A stretch of DNA of 64,000 nt from assembly GCF_902652985.1 (NCBI RefSeq), contig NC_047015.1:21080001-21144000 (forward strand). Direction: 5' to 3'. The translations under genes were made by a program, and so were the position numbers. Below are positions 27,066 through 41,078 of this stretch, piece by piece (the stretch's first letter is position 1; every line of letters starts with the position of its first letter). Source of the DNA: Pecten maximus (lineage: Eukaryota). The notes beneath the pieces were generated by a model that had not been told where the DNA came from, did not search any database, and saw only the letters and a program-made list of their open reading frames with translations.

Positions 27066-27504
27066 GTAATGTACAATATGGAAACAATGTTCAGTGACTC
27101 AGACCGTCTGTTGTGGTAGACTTCGTCACCATGATCAGATCGTTGTATTTGATGTAGTATATATTACACCCGATGACAACATGACTCCAGGCCTACCATT
27201 GGTGCCTCTAATGTCAAATATTTTATAAACATTGTATGATATGATTCTTCACCTGTGTCCGTAAAAAATCTGCTTTTCACTTTTCGTCCCATTGCCAAAA
27301 CGTGGACAACACTACTGCATATGTTCGCATAAATTAATGATAATATACGTCGTTTGCGGTCAAGGTCTAATAATGCAATATGTTATGAATAATTTAAACA
27401 GTATTTTCGACATCCTTCCCTTATACTGTAGAGGTTACCTATAACTTGCTATCATCAAATGTTCACTGTCGTGTAACAAGTTGATGTATATATCAGACGA
27501 AAAT

Positions 27505-28782
27505 TAACGGGTAGCTGTATATAGAGTATTGTGTATAGTAATGGGGACATATAGTGGTGTGTAATAACGGGTACCTGTATATAGAGTATTGTGTATAGTA
27601 ATGGGTACATGTGGTGTGTAATAACGGGTACCTGTATATAGAGTATTGTGTATAGTAATGGGTACATGTGGTGTGTAATAACGGGTACCTGTATATAGAG
27701 TATTGTGTATAGTAATGGGTACATGTGGTGTGTAATAACGGGTACCTGTAGATATAGTGTGGTGTATAATAACGGGTACCTGTAGATATAGTGTGGTGTA
27801 TAATAACGGGTACCTGTATATAGAGTATTGTGTATAGTAATGGGGACATATAGTGGTGTGTAATAACGGGTACCTGTATATAGAGTATTGTGTATAGTAA
27901 TGGGGACATATAGTGGTGTGTAATAACGGGTACCTGTATATAGAGTATTGTGTATAGTAATGGGGACATATAGTGGTGTGTAATAACGGGTACCTGTATA
28001 TAGAGTATTGTGTATAGTAATGGGGACATATAGTGGTGTGTAATAACGGGTACCTGTATATAGATATAGTGTGGTGTATAATAACGGGTACCTGTAGGTT
28101 TAATGTGGTGTACAATAACTGGTACCTGTAGATATAATGTAGTGTATAATAACGGGTACCTATTGATATAGTGCGGTGTATAATAACGGGTACCTGTAGA
28201 TATAGTGTAGTGTATAATAACGGGTACCTATAGATATAGTGCGGTGTATAATAACGGGTACATGTATATATAGTGTGGTGTACAATAACGGGTACCTGTA
28301 GATATAGTGTGCCGTATTATAATGGGTACCTGTTGATATAGTGTGCCGTATTATAACGGGTACCTGTAGGGATAATGTGTTGTATAATAACGGGTACCTG
28401 TAGTTATAGTGTGGTGTATAATAACGGGTACCTGTAGATATAGTGTATTGTATAATAACGGGTACCTGTAGATATAGTGTGGTGTACAATAACGGGTACC
28501 TGTAGATATAGTGTGGTGTATTATAACGGGTACCTGTAGATATAATGTGGTGTATAATAACGGGTACCTGTAGATATAGTGTGGTGTATAATAACGGGTA
28601 CCTGTAGATATAGTGTGGTGTATAATAACGGGTACCTGTAGATATAATGTGGTGTATAATAACGGGTACCTGTAGATATAGTGTGGTGTATAATAACGGG
28701 TACCTGTAGATATAGTGTGGTGTATAATAACGGGTACATGTAGATATAACAAGGCCCATTATAACGGGTATCTGTAGATATA
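27505..28782. repeat. Compound minisatellite: 57/60-bp dimeric units followed by 34-bp unit AACGGGTACCTGTAGATATAGTGTGGTGTATAAT
   Basis: Lines 27841, 27901 and 27961 are identical (60-bp period); 34-bp period from about 28060. Confidence 0.96.
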
Positions 28783-29425
28783 ATTTTCTTTGTATTGTTA
28801 CATATAAACAAGTTTTCCTTAAAGAACGCAGTGCATTGATTTATTGTTGAATTTTAAAAGAACGGAAATCATCTCTGTCTTGTAATTGTAATCCGGATCG
28901 TTTTCAGTATTAATTCTGCATCGAGGTCCAAGAAGAAATCGATTTTATTACAATCCTAAAGGTCCTGAAATGATAATAGATGTTAATAAGAAGGTTGAAC
29001 AAAATATACAAATGAAAATCAAATGCTATATTGAGGACCTGATATACCTTCACACTGATTTCAATGTTTACGTTGTTTTCCGTTTCATAATTGACCATGA
29101 CCTTCCGGTATTATTGATGTAAACATCATTTTCAATATTAATAAAAAAAAAACAAAGTAGTGTAAAAAGCAACATCAATCATAAGCTCAATGTACAAAAC
29201 ATCTTACCATATCATTATTGAGTTGGACTGCTATCTTTAGTGAATTCAAAATGCTAATGTTTAAGTTTCTTCAATGCAGTAATGCAAATAGAAAAAGGTT
29301 ACTTAGGAGTCAAAATATATTGATAGATTATATTTCTTCTGTTTAATTATGTAGAAGCATCAAGTCGAATTTACCTCGGAAAATCCGTTTAAATGTAATC
29401 TTTGCCGTTTCAGGAAGAGGGACAG

Positions 29426-29457
<32 letters not shown>

Positions 29458-30630
29458 CCTCGCTTCGAATTCTGTCTAAAAAGACATGCCACTTTTAAAA
29501 ATAAAAGAGGACGGCTGTAAACTACCCTCCATTATATCACAGTTTTTAACATAATCATAAGCCATGATTATTGTAATTTTTTGAGTTATTGTAACTTTTT
29601 GAGTTACTTGTATTTGAGTTGCTTACTTTGGGTCCGGGTCCAGTCTAGCAATTCTCCATAAAGAATTTAAGTCAGGATATAAAATGATTGATGATTTATT
29701 GCATATCAAAATTTACAATCAAAATATACTATCACATCAGGGTCTAGGTACAGAGACTCCGGTTTGTTTAAGACCGTTAAGGTTTGTAATCCATTCAAAG
29801 ATAACAAGCTACACAAAACTTTATAACTAATGGCCAAATAGACATTGATAAATATTCATCTAAAGAAATAAATTGTTTGATCTACGATGTATAATTTGAC
29901 CTGTCCACACCCGGAGACGGTTTTCCTAGCCACCACTGGACAACGTTCAAAGGAAAGTAACACGACAACTTTTTCTATACGACTTATTTCCCTTAGTCCA
30001 CCGAATACCAATATTGGAACCACTGAACCACTGATAAGTTATTTGGGTTGTCAACTCCGTGCGTTTACCATCTTTGTGTCCGTCATTCCGGACAACTGGT
30101 CACGTTGGCGTTCGAATGAGATGTGTTTTGACAGCTGGCTTGACCCGTTTATATAGCTGGCGTTGTTGGTAACCAGAGGGACAAGCAAGTCTCAGCCAAT
30201 CATAGCACGTTTGAGGAACTCTTTAAACATTTAACCGAGTGATTAAAACCAGGTCGTGAAAAAACGCTTAGCCGTAAAAGTGTTTTAAACCATAACATGT
30301 TTGAGTATGAAAAATCAGGCCTATAATTCGTTACAAACCGCGTGCGGTTAGTCACGGAAATGGACAATGTCAGACCGTGGATTGTCTGCTTTACCACGAA
30401 CCTTTAGCTAAAATGTGATGTTTCATGACCTACAACTGTTCATTTCCATAAACAATACTTGACCCTATTTATGATACTTCCGGATTTGAACATTTGAATT
30501 ATTTACGTTGTTTACGCAAACACTGGACTCTCGTGCTTTGGCGCACCATATTCCATATTCCATACTGTTTATATTATTATTAAATCTATTAAATAACTAT
30601 ATTAATTAATTAATATTATTATACATATAT

Positions 30631-30820
30631 AACTTAGCAACACAAATGACGGAGGAAGACAACTTTTTGACTCGTGCCTTGACCGGGCCTCGAACTCACG
30701 ATCTACGGCACCCAATCGCCTAGCCAGAAATACCCGCAGCTTATACCGCTGCGCCACATCTGCGTTCTTAAAAAGAACGTTTCAATGGCGCAGTGATGGT
30801 CGGCCCGATACCCTGACATG
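30631..30820 (-). mobile_element. tRNA-derived SINE-like element
   Basis: Minus-strand Pol III A box TGGCGCAGCGG (30756-30746) and B box GTTCGAGGC (30695-30687), followed by an unrelated body and an AT-rich tail. A-B spacing is too long and no complete cloverleaf is present, so it is not a tRNA. Confidence 0.7.
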
Positions 30821-33295
30821 ATCATTGTTAACATTAAAACATTCACATATCACATTTGAGAAGGTTGAGATGTATACATTATCAGATCAAAGCTACTGTA
30901 TGCCTTGGTTATCATGAACGATAACAACTTTTATTCCTGACGACATATTCGCTATCCTGGCTCGTAACATTATCTTGAAGCATTTGTTCTCCGACCATTC
31001 CATTGATTGACATCGTCCTTGACTCGCTTATTTTGCTATATTTTCACATCTTTGCAAATGTACATTATTATTTTTTTTTGTAAAAAAAACCAACTGTTTT
31101 GATATACAAATTCAGATTCATTGAGTGATAATTGATATCGAAATATATTGCGAATTATTTCACTGCCAAAATTATTATGATAAAGCGATGATAGCAGATT
31201 AAATAATTAAGAAACACAATGCAATGGATGATATCAGCTATTTTGGTCGACTAGTTGATAGGTTAAGCCCTGGGTGTCTGCTCTGGAACCGTTCAAGGTC
31301 AGGCGAAAAGTCGTAAAAGATCCCCTGAAATAAGGACGGGTTTGGGAAATTTTACAGGAGATATAAATGATCTATAAGATATACTTTAAGTATCTAAGCG
31401 AACTATCCTAATGCTAAATTTTGACGATAAACTTTGAGTGTGTATTTAAAAATTTACAAAATATAATATTGTTCATAGCTACCGATAAAAATAGACCATA
31501 CCCCCCCCCCCCCCCCCCCCCCCGGTCTTCCTCCTCCCCCTCCCCCTCCCACTCCCTCCTCCTCCTCCCACCCGCTGTCTGCGCCGGAGGTCTTGACAGT
31601 CAGAACACGGGTGTTTGGGGTACTTCTGCAGGTTAGATTAGTAAAATTGGGTCGCGGCAGGCCACAGTATATTAGATAATGTTAAAGTAGTTCACATGTA
31701 CCTCAAGAGCAGAATAAAGATAAGGAATGCTCATACAGGACACCACTTCGGTTTCACCTAGGTGTTTTTACAGATATTAGATTATTGTACGTATATACAA
31801 ATCGTTTCAATGGCAAGACATGAAAAAACGGTATATTTCACTTTTATTTAGCTGTTTATAGCAGAAAGGTGGCCTGTACAGTAAGTCGCGTTTCTCGGGG
31901 TCAAGTGAACTTTTTAGCCCATCTTTCCGTCCTTCCGATTTGTCACAAAGCTTTTGTGTCGTTTTGAAAGTTTTATTTCTTGAGGAAAGCTATAAAAGGC
32001 TAGTGGCGTATACATCGTGTACATTTATCTTTCTTCTGAAATGACGAGATGGGATTGTCCTGTTAAAATATCTGGTGCATGATAGAGATTTAATTTGTTC
32101 GTTTCGATTAAGATTGAGAATTAATGATATACCGATGCCGTAAAGGATCCGTTTACGAGGGGTCCCGTTTCCGGTTCAGTAGTTCCACAAGGTCCACCTT
32201 CACGGCGCGTTGTGGGGTATGTTGATAGGGGAATTCATAACCATATAATTTACCATACAACATCATCGAGGCATAGATAAAAGAGAAGTCTTGATTTTGG
32301 TGGCAATAGTGTGGTGTTACCTGGGGGAGGGGCACATACACCATTCACCGATTCTGATATTGTCGTTATTGTCATAAGTGGTTGCCATCTGCGCTGTTTT
32401 GCCCTCCTTGCCGTACGCGGTAGTCCCTATTCAGTGACGCTCACCACACGGTTTATGGGTATCACGTTGTCCGTCAATATCCCCACTTTGTGTATCCTTA
32501 CCTCGACCTTACAGAATGCTCGCTGATGCGACTATATTCTAAGTACCAAATGGAACACAATCACCTGATATTATGAAATTTGATGTGACTCTTGCAGAAA
32601 TTTTAAAATAGATAAATAAACATACAGATTGGTATAACCGTTCCACATCGGGGATCTCATATAGTTTAAACACAACTATAATATCCATCTCATCAAAATA
32701 CTCTTCATGTTAATACTACAACAAACAACCTCATCTTACCAAAATACGAATCTGCAACAAAATACTCATTTGATCAAATACTCAACAGCACACATCTCAT
32801 CTAACCACTACATTACAGCCAGATGCTCACCTATTAAAGTTCAAGATTTATTTTTATTAAAGTGTCATATGTCAGTATGCATATTCATAAAATTATCACA
32901 TATACATGATAAACTGATTAAAACAGTTAAGATATTTTGACATCCAGCCAATGTGGGCTTATGTATGAGACAAAATATATAAAACAAATTATCGAAATTC
33001 ACCATCGAATTTTAATATATATATATAGAGAGAGACAAGGCTATCAACTCGTGTCGTTAAAGGTCCTTGAACTTATAATTGAAAACACATGTAATATAGA
33101 AGTGAACTCTTAATGGTTTGCTTAACTGTTTAATACCGCAATAAATATCATTTCAATCATAAGACACACGATTTCAATTGCATTAAACTAGTTACATTAC
33201 CAAGGACCTACACCAAATCTAATTGACAAGTCATTTTGATAACTAGTTAAAGAAAACCGTGGTCTATAGCCCTAGTCAAGTGTGGTCTTACTTAA

Positions 33296-33663
33296 GCTAA
33301 AATAAGACGTCAACTTACTAAAACACAAGGCAGGCTCGCCTACTAAAATAAGACGTCCACTTACTAAAATACAAGGCTCGCCTACTAAAATAAGACGTCC
33401 ACTTACTAAAACACAAGGCTCGCCTACTAAAATAAGACGTCCACTTACTAAAACACAAGGCTCGCCTACTAAAATAAGACGTCAACTTACTAAAATACAA
33501 GGCTCGTCTACTAAAATAAGACGTCCACTTACTAAAATACAAGGCTCGTCTGCTAAAATAAGACGTCCACTTACTAAAACACAAGGCTCGTCTACTAAAA
33601 TAACATGTCCATCTACAAAAACACAAGGCTCGTCTACTAAAATAAGACGTCAACTTACTAAAA
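33296..33663. repeat. Minisatellite, 42-bp unit (21+21) TACTAAAATAAGACGTCCACTTACTAAAACACAAGGCTCGCC
   Basis: Visible array, ~8-9 copies. Confidence 0.96.
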
Positions 33664-34311
33664 CTATATTATCCTGAGGTACGATGTACGACCTATATTA
33701 TCCCTAGGTACGATGTACGACCTATATTATCCTGAGGTACGATGTACGACCTATATTATCCTGAGGTACGATGTACGACCTATATTATCCTGAGGTACGA
33801 TGTACCACCTATATTATCCTGAGGTACGATGTACCACCTATATTATCCTGAGGTACGATGTACGACCTATATTATCCTGAGGTACGATGTACGACCTGAG
33901 GTACGATGTACGACCTATATTATCCTGAGGTACGATGTACGACCTATATTATCCTGAGGTACGATGTACGACCTATATTATCCTGAGGTACGATGTACGA
34001 CCTATATTATCCTGGGGTACGATGTACGACCTATATTATCCTGAGGTACGATGTACGACCTATATTATCCTGAGGTACGATGTACGACCTATATTATCCT
34101 GAGGTACGATGTACCACCTATATTATCCTGAGGTACGATGTACGACCTATATTATCCTGAGGTACGATGTACGACCTATATTATCCTGAGGTACGATGTA
34201 CGACCTGAGGTACGATGTACGACCTATATTATCCAGAGGTACGATGTACGACCTATATTATCCTGAGGTACGATGTACGACCTATATTATCCTGAGGTAT
34301 GATGTTCGACA
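33664..34311. repeat. Minisatellite, 29-bp unit CTATATTATCCTGAGGTACGATGTACGAC, ~22 copies
   Basis: Visible array directly abutting the 42-bp array. Confidence 0.97.
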
Positions 34312-36087
34312 TAGAGTGTACCTCATATGATGTACTAACTGCCGAGTATTTGACACATTGTGGATGTATAATGACAGCTTTGTGTGCAGACTGCACTAAC
34401 AGAAGTATTACATACCGAGACCAGCAGAATATGTTTGTCAGTATTTCAAAATCTATGAAAAGCGTGGGAACAATACAAGATGCGCTTATTGCCCTTCCCC
34501 CCTGAAGGTCGTGAAGTGCTCTTAAACCTCTTTGTCCTGTTTACAACTGATGTATTCCTCCGCAGGGTGGATGTCGTATAAGGAGTTTTCATGAAAGAGA
34601 AATGTACAAACTTAGCCTGGTATGAACGTTTGCATGTGATTTGACATCTGTGAATGCGCCGACCCGGTATGTTGGTGTTGATGAGAGCACGGGGTAGCAC
34701 AGTAGTATTGTCTAGCATTTCACTTTCTATCACGAAACTGCGCAAGTAACAAAGGGTTGGATCAGTTACAATTCGCTGGTACATATCGAATGGTAGACAT
34801 ATGTCAGCGAGCAGTCATATGAGGAACGATGACTTAAAAATTTAAAACATACACCGGCATAAAATATAATAAAATAAATAAAAAACAAATCGTGCTTTTA
34901 TTAGTATTTTTATTTTGTTACTATTTAAACTTTTCCCTTGTGACATTATTGCTAAGATTTCGTTGTTTAACAGTATCGTGAATGGTGGTTTAATTTCCCA
35001 CTGACAGTGGTGGTGAAGACACTTGGCGAACGTCCAAGTGTAAACGAACCGTCACCATTTTGCTGTGAAGTTGTGATCTGCCGTGGTGGACGGATGATAT
35101 CAGATCAGGGACGATAGTTGGAGCCTAATCTATAGCAAATTACACATTATATTGTGACAGGTCCAGCCTGGCCCACGACTTCACCCCGACAAAACCTCAC
35201 AGAAACCCCATATTTTATACAGTGTATCACAAACCCTTAATTAGCGGCTACGGTTTCCCTTGTCATGACACTAAATGTATACCACCGCCACGATATCAAA
35301 AACTTCCCATTTTTATGTCCTCTTTCGATTAATAAAATTAGATAGTATTTTCGGTGTTTGCATTGAAAGTAAACCTGACTTTTTCATTTGATCGGCATTT
35401 ACATTCCTCCGAGAACAAAACTTGAAATGGGTGGATATAAAACTCGGTACGGAGGTCGGCCGCAGGTCGCCGGATCTCTAGTCGTATCCCCTCGGAATTA
35501 TACCTCCCCATAAACCTTTTCTTATGTAATTACAATGAAATGTCGCACAGATAATCCCCAGACATTAACAAGAAATAAAAAATGTGTTCATGTTGTTCAT
35601 CAGTCAGATACATCCGGGCCAAGCAGTTCTACTCCGGTTCAGACGGAACCTTGGATTTCTACATATGGCGCAAACATAATTATGTACAACTGAACGTATT
35701 CCGGTTGAGTTCTGAGAAAGCCAATACGTCGGATGAGAAGCTGTGTTTTCCTTTTCAATGTCTATACTTTAATTAACGGCGAGTGACGTACATACAAAAC
35801 ACACCGTCCAGTGGAGGTATAGGCGCTTCACGTCCAAATATCCCATTGACTTATGTAAACCTGATGGCCTACATTATATCAGGCAACTTATTGCAACCCT
35901 GGAAACAGCAGCACACTTCCTATCTGGTAACCTTGAAATGTCTAAAACAATCTAGTTACTCAGTATTTAAAAATTGTTAATGAGACGAGTTTAATATTTA
36001 ACAATATTTAAAATGTATATTCTAAAGAGAGCCTAAAACATGATTCTCAAACTGAGAACAAGTACTATCGTCGTCCGGGTAAGATAT

Positions 36088-38164
36088 TGTATACCAGTGC
36101 CAGACCTTATATACCATCATCAGACAGCGCCAGACCTTATATACCATCATCAGACAGCGCCAGACCTTATATACCATCATCAGACAGTGCCAGACCTTAT
36201 ATATCATCATCAGACAGCGCCAGACCTTATATACCATCATCAGACAGCACCAGACCTTATATATCATCATCAGACAGCGCCAGACCTTATATACCATCAT
36301 CAGACAGCGTCAGACCTTATATACCATCATCAGATAGTGCCAGACCTTATATACCATCATCAGACAGCACCAGACCTTATATACCATCATCAGATAGTGC
36401 CAGACCTTATATACCATAAATCAGACCAGCACCAGACCTTACTACCATAAGCAGACAGCAGCCAGGAACCTGATATACCATCATCAGACGCGCCAGACCT
36501 TATATAACCATCATCAGACATCGTCAGACCTTATATACCATCATCAGAAACAGCGGTCAGACCTTATATACCATCATCATACAGAGTCAGACCTTTATAC
36601 CCCAGAACAGCACCACCTTACATAACCATCATCAACAGCACCAGACCTTAATGTACCGATCATCAGACAGCGTCAAGACCGTAGATACCATCGTCAGACA
36701 GCGCCAGGCCTTATATACCATCGTCAGACAGCACCAGACCTTACATACCATCATCAGACAGCACCAGACCTTACACACCATCATCAGACAGCGCCATACC
36801 TTATATACCATCATCAGACAGCGCCAGACCTTACATACCATCATCAGACAGCGTCAGACCTGATATACCATCATCAGACAGCGTCAGACCTTATATACCA
36901 TCATCAGACAGCGCCATACCTTATATACCATCATCAGACAGCGCCAGACCTTATATACTATCATCAGACAGCGTCAGACATTACATACCATCATCAGACA
37001 GCACCAGACCTTATATACCATCATCAGACAGCGTCAGACCTTATATACCATCATCAGACAGCGTCAGACCTTATATACCATCATCAGACAGCGCCAGACC
37101 TTACATACCATCATCAGACAGCGCCAGACCTTACATACCATCATCAGACAGCGTCAGACCTGATATACCATCATCAGACAGCACCAGACCTTATATACCA
37201 TCATCAGACAGCGCCAGACCTTATATACCATCATCAGACAGCGCCAGACCTTACATACCATCATCAGACAGCACCAGACCTTACATACCATCATCAGACA
37301 GCGCCAGACCTTACATACCATCATCAGACAGCACCAGACCTGATATACCATCATCAGACAGCACCAGACCTTATATACCATCATCAGACAGCGCCAGACC
37401 TTATATACCATCATTAGACAGCGTCAGACCTTATATACCATCACCAGACAGCGTCAGACCTTATATACCATCATCAGACAGCGCCAGACATTATATACCA
37501 GCATCAGACAGCGCCAGACCTTATATACCATCATCAGACAGCGTCAGACCTTATATACCATCATCAGACAGCGCCAGACCTTACATACCATCATCAGACA
37601 GCACCAGACCTGATATACCATCATCAGACAGCACCAGACCTTATATACCATCATCAGACAGCGCCAGACCTTATATACCATCATTAGACAGCGTCAGACC
37701 TTATATACCATCATCAGACAGCGTCAGACCTTATATACCATCATCAGACAGCACCAGACCTTACACACCATCATCAGACAGCGCCAGACCTTATATACCA
37801 TCATCAGACAGCGCCAGACCTTATATACCATCATCAGACAGCGCCAGACCTTATATACCATCATCAGACAGCGCCAGACCTTACATACCATCATCAGACA
37901 GCGCCAGACCTTACATACCATCATCAGACAGCGCCAGACCTTACATACCATCATCAGACAGCGCCAGACCTTATATACCATCATCAGACAGCGCCAGACC
38001 TTATATACCATCATCAGACAGCGCCAGACCTTATATACCATCATCAGACAGCGCCAGACCTTATATACCATCATCAGACAGCGCCAGACCTTATATACCA
38101 TCATCAGACAGCGCCAGACCTTATATACCATCATCAGACAGCGCCAGACCTTACATACCATCAT
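36088..38164. repeat. Minisatellite, 30-bp unit ATACCATCATCAGACAGCGCCAGACCTTAT, ~69 copies
   Basis: Visible array; 10-aa periodic ORFs. Confidence 0.98.
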
Positions 38165-38838
38165 TTGACAGTGTCAGACTGTTATTTGTTTGGATAATTT
38201 GGCTTCTCCATACTGTCACAAGACGGCGTCAGACCGTTCTTGGTTTGGACAATTCTGGCCCTATATACCGCCATAAGACAACGCCAGACCGTTCTTAGTA
38301 TGCATTATGCTGACCCTATATATCGTCATCAGACAACGCCAGACCGTTCTTAGTATGAATTATGCTGGCCCTATATATCGTCACCAGACAACGCCAGACT
38401 GCTCTTTGTTTTAATTATGCTTGTCCTATATATCGTCATCAGACAACGCCAGACTGCTCTTTGTATGAATTATGCTGGTCCTATATATCGTCATCAGACA
38501 ACGCCAGACCGTTCTTAGTATGAATTATGCTGGCCCTATATATCGTCATAAGACAACGCCAGACTGCTTTTTGTTTTAATTATGCTGGTCCTATATATCG
38601 TCATCAGACAACGCCAGACTGCTCTTTGTTTTAATTATGCTGGTCCTATATATCGTCATCAGACAACGCCAGACTGCTCATTGTTTGAATTATGCTGACC
38701 CTATATATCGTCATCAGACAACGCCAGACCATTCTCAGCTTGAATAATGCGGCTCCTCCATATACTGCCATAAGACAGTGCCAGACCGTTCTTTGTTAGG
38801 ATAATGCGACCCCTACACACCATACCATCATAAGACAG
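38165..38838. repeat. Minisatellite, 55-bp unit related to the adjacent 30-mer, ~12 copies
   Basis: TATATATCGTCATCAGACAACGCCAGAC core plus ~25-bp extension; period 55 (38401 vs 38456). Confidence 0.93.
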
Positions 38839-40158
38839 ATCATATTAAGGCGGAGTGATGGTAAAATGTATAAATATATAGCTGTGATGTGACACGGTGA
38901 AATACATATTAATTCGTTTTACATTTTCACTTCGCTCCGCCTCAATGGAACTAGTGAAGTAAGATCAATTTTCCCTATACCGATTTTGGGTCGTTTGTTT
39001 CTGTGTAGTGAGGAGAATCTCTTTTCTGTGTGTTAATACATCCGCGATATAGTACCGCATAAGATTTGGATGCACTTTCCTTTTGTGAAATGTGTAACAT
39101 CGTTACATACGTATTAAACACAAGTTGAACAGTAGATTTATGTTTGAAAAAAAATGCCAGTATTATGCAAACATTTAAGAAACAGACAGAACACTACCGA
39201 TATGATCGAAGTCATGACCTACGTAGCCAGTCGCTTTATCTCGAATGCGATACCTGATATCACGTTAGGGATCGCAGAAAACGAAGCTTCAGTTGAACAT
39301 TGTTAGGCAACACAAAACAGACTGGTATCACCACAATTCTATATCGAGCGCGTGGACACATTACTGTCGTAAAGCGTCCATTCGACTTTAATCTATTACT
39401 ATATGGAGGACACAAGTTTCAGGCCGTTGAATACCGCCAATTTTCAAATCTACTTTTATCAGAATTTACACCCCAAAACGCCAGTGCGACAATGAAATCT
39501 TATATTTCAAGAACATCACATATCAAATCCTCCACTAATCTGCAACCAACATCCCGTTTATTAGACTGCATTGCATATTCAGTCTCAGAAGTTTGGTTTT
39601 AGATTTCAGTAATGTAACATATGACATCTTTGAATAAATGAAAAGAATTAAAATCCAACATTCATTTACATTGTTAAACCTTATAAAATCATTTTTAAAG
39701 GTTTCAAAGTGTACCTGTATATAAATACTGGATTTGTTTAGTCTTGTTGTATTTTACTACATGTATTGCCACCTCGTAGGCCTTGTGATCAATATCTTGA
39801 AACCGAGCACCTGTGTCTCCAGCGACCAAATCACACACATACATGTACTATACTGTAAACACTGCGAATTAAACTCGCATTTCTAGGTATATGGTGGCGT
39901 TTTTCTTATAAAAATAACGTAAACATTTGCTGGAAATGAATATATCTTCAAAATATCGTAGTTTTATACATCAACATCGTAATAAGCAAAACGTGTCTGG
40001 AACTATATTTTGTGTTGACGAGAGTAGCTGATTGGGCATCCTTGCTGTTCTACTACTGAGCACACATGTACTAACTATAACAATGCACATTCGTCATACT
40101 GTTGGGACGGAATTTTACAATCAGACGGCGGGAATCTTAAATTGGTAAACATTGAATA

Positions 40159-41006
40159 AGGTCTACAACTGAAATACATAGGTCTACAGCTGAGAAATAC
40201 ATAGGTCTACAGGTGAAATACATAGATCTACAGGTGAAATACATAGATCTTTAGGTGAAATACATAGATCTTCAGGTGAAATACATAGATCTACAGGTGA
40301 AATACATAGGTCTACAGGTGAAATACATAGGTCTACAGGTGAAAAACATAGATCTTCAACTGAAATACATAGTTCTACAGGTGAAATACATAGGTCTATA
40401 GGTGAAATACATAGATCTACAGGTGAAATACATAGATCAATAGGTGAAATACATAGATCTTCAGGTGAAATACATAGATCTACAGGTGAAATACATAGGT
40501 CTACAGTTGAAATACATATATCTTTAGGTGAAATACATAGATCTTCAGGTGAAATACATAGATCTACAGGTGAAATACATAGGTCTACAGGTGAAATACA
40601 TAGGTCTACAGGTGAAATACATAGATCTACAACTGAAATACATAGTTCTACAGGTGAAATACATAGATCTATAGGTGAAATACATAGATCTACAGGTGAA
40701 ATACATAGATCTACAGGTGAAATACATAGATCTTCAGGTGAAATACATAGATCTTTAGGTGAAATACATAGATCTACAGGTGAAATACATAGGTCTATAG
40801 GTGAAATGCATAGGTCTTCGGGTGAAATACATGGGTCTACAGGTTAAATACATAGGTTGGCAACTGAAATACATAGGTCTATAGGTGAAATACATAGGTC
40901 TACAACTGAAATACATAGGTCTACAGGTGAAATATATAGGTATATAGATGAAATACATAGATCTACAGGTGAAATATATAGGTATATAGATGAAATACAT
41001 AGGTCT
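40159..41006. repeat. Minisatellite, 21-bp unit GGTGAAATACATAGATCTACA, ~40 copies
   Basis: Visible array. Confidence 0.97.
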
Positions 41007-41078
41007 CAAGAATATGTTTTGTTTTCCTGTTTTTGGGCGTGCATTCATATTCTATATAAAGCACAAAATAGAGAGATA

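Noticed and set aside
27455-28811. His/Tyr-rich ORFs resembling shell or byssal matrix proteins
   Set aside because: Open in several frames because of the 34/60-bp repeat; no signal peptide or splice context.
30670-30765. Functional tRNA gene
   Set aside because: A and B boxes are present, but there is no convincing acceptor or anticodon stem and the spacing is too long; better explained as SINE-like.
22150-31295. Shared motif AGGTTAAGCC..GGGTGT at ~22149 and ~31260
   Set aside because: The similarity is too short and gapped to distinguish from chance.
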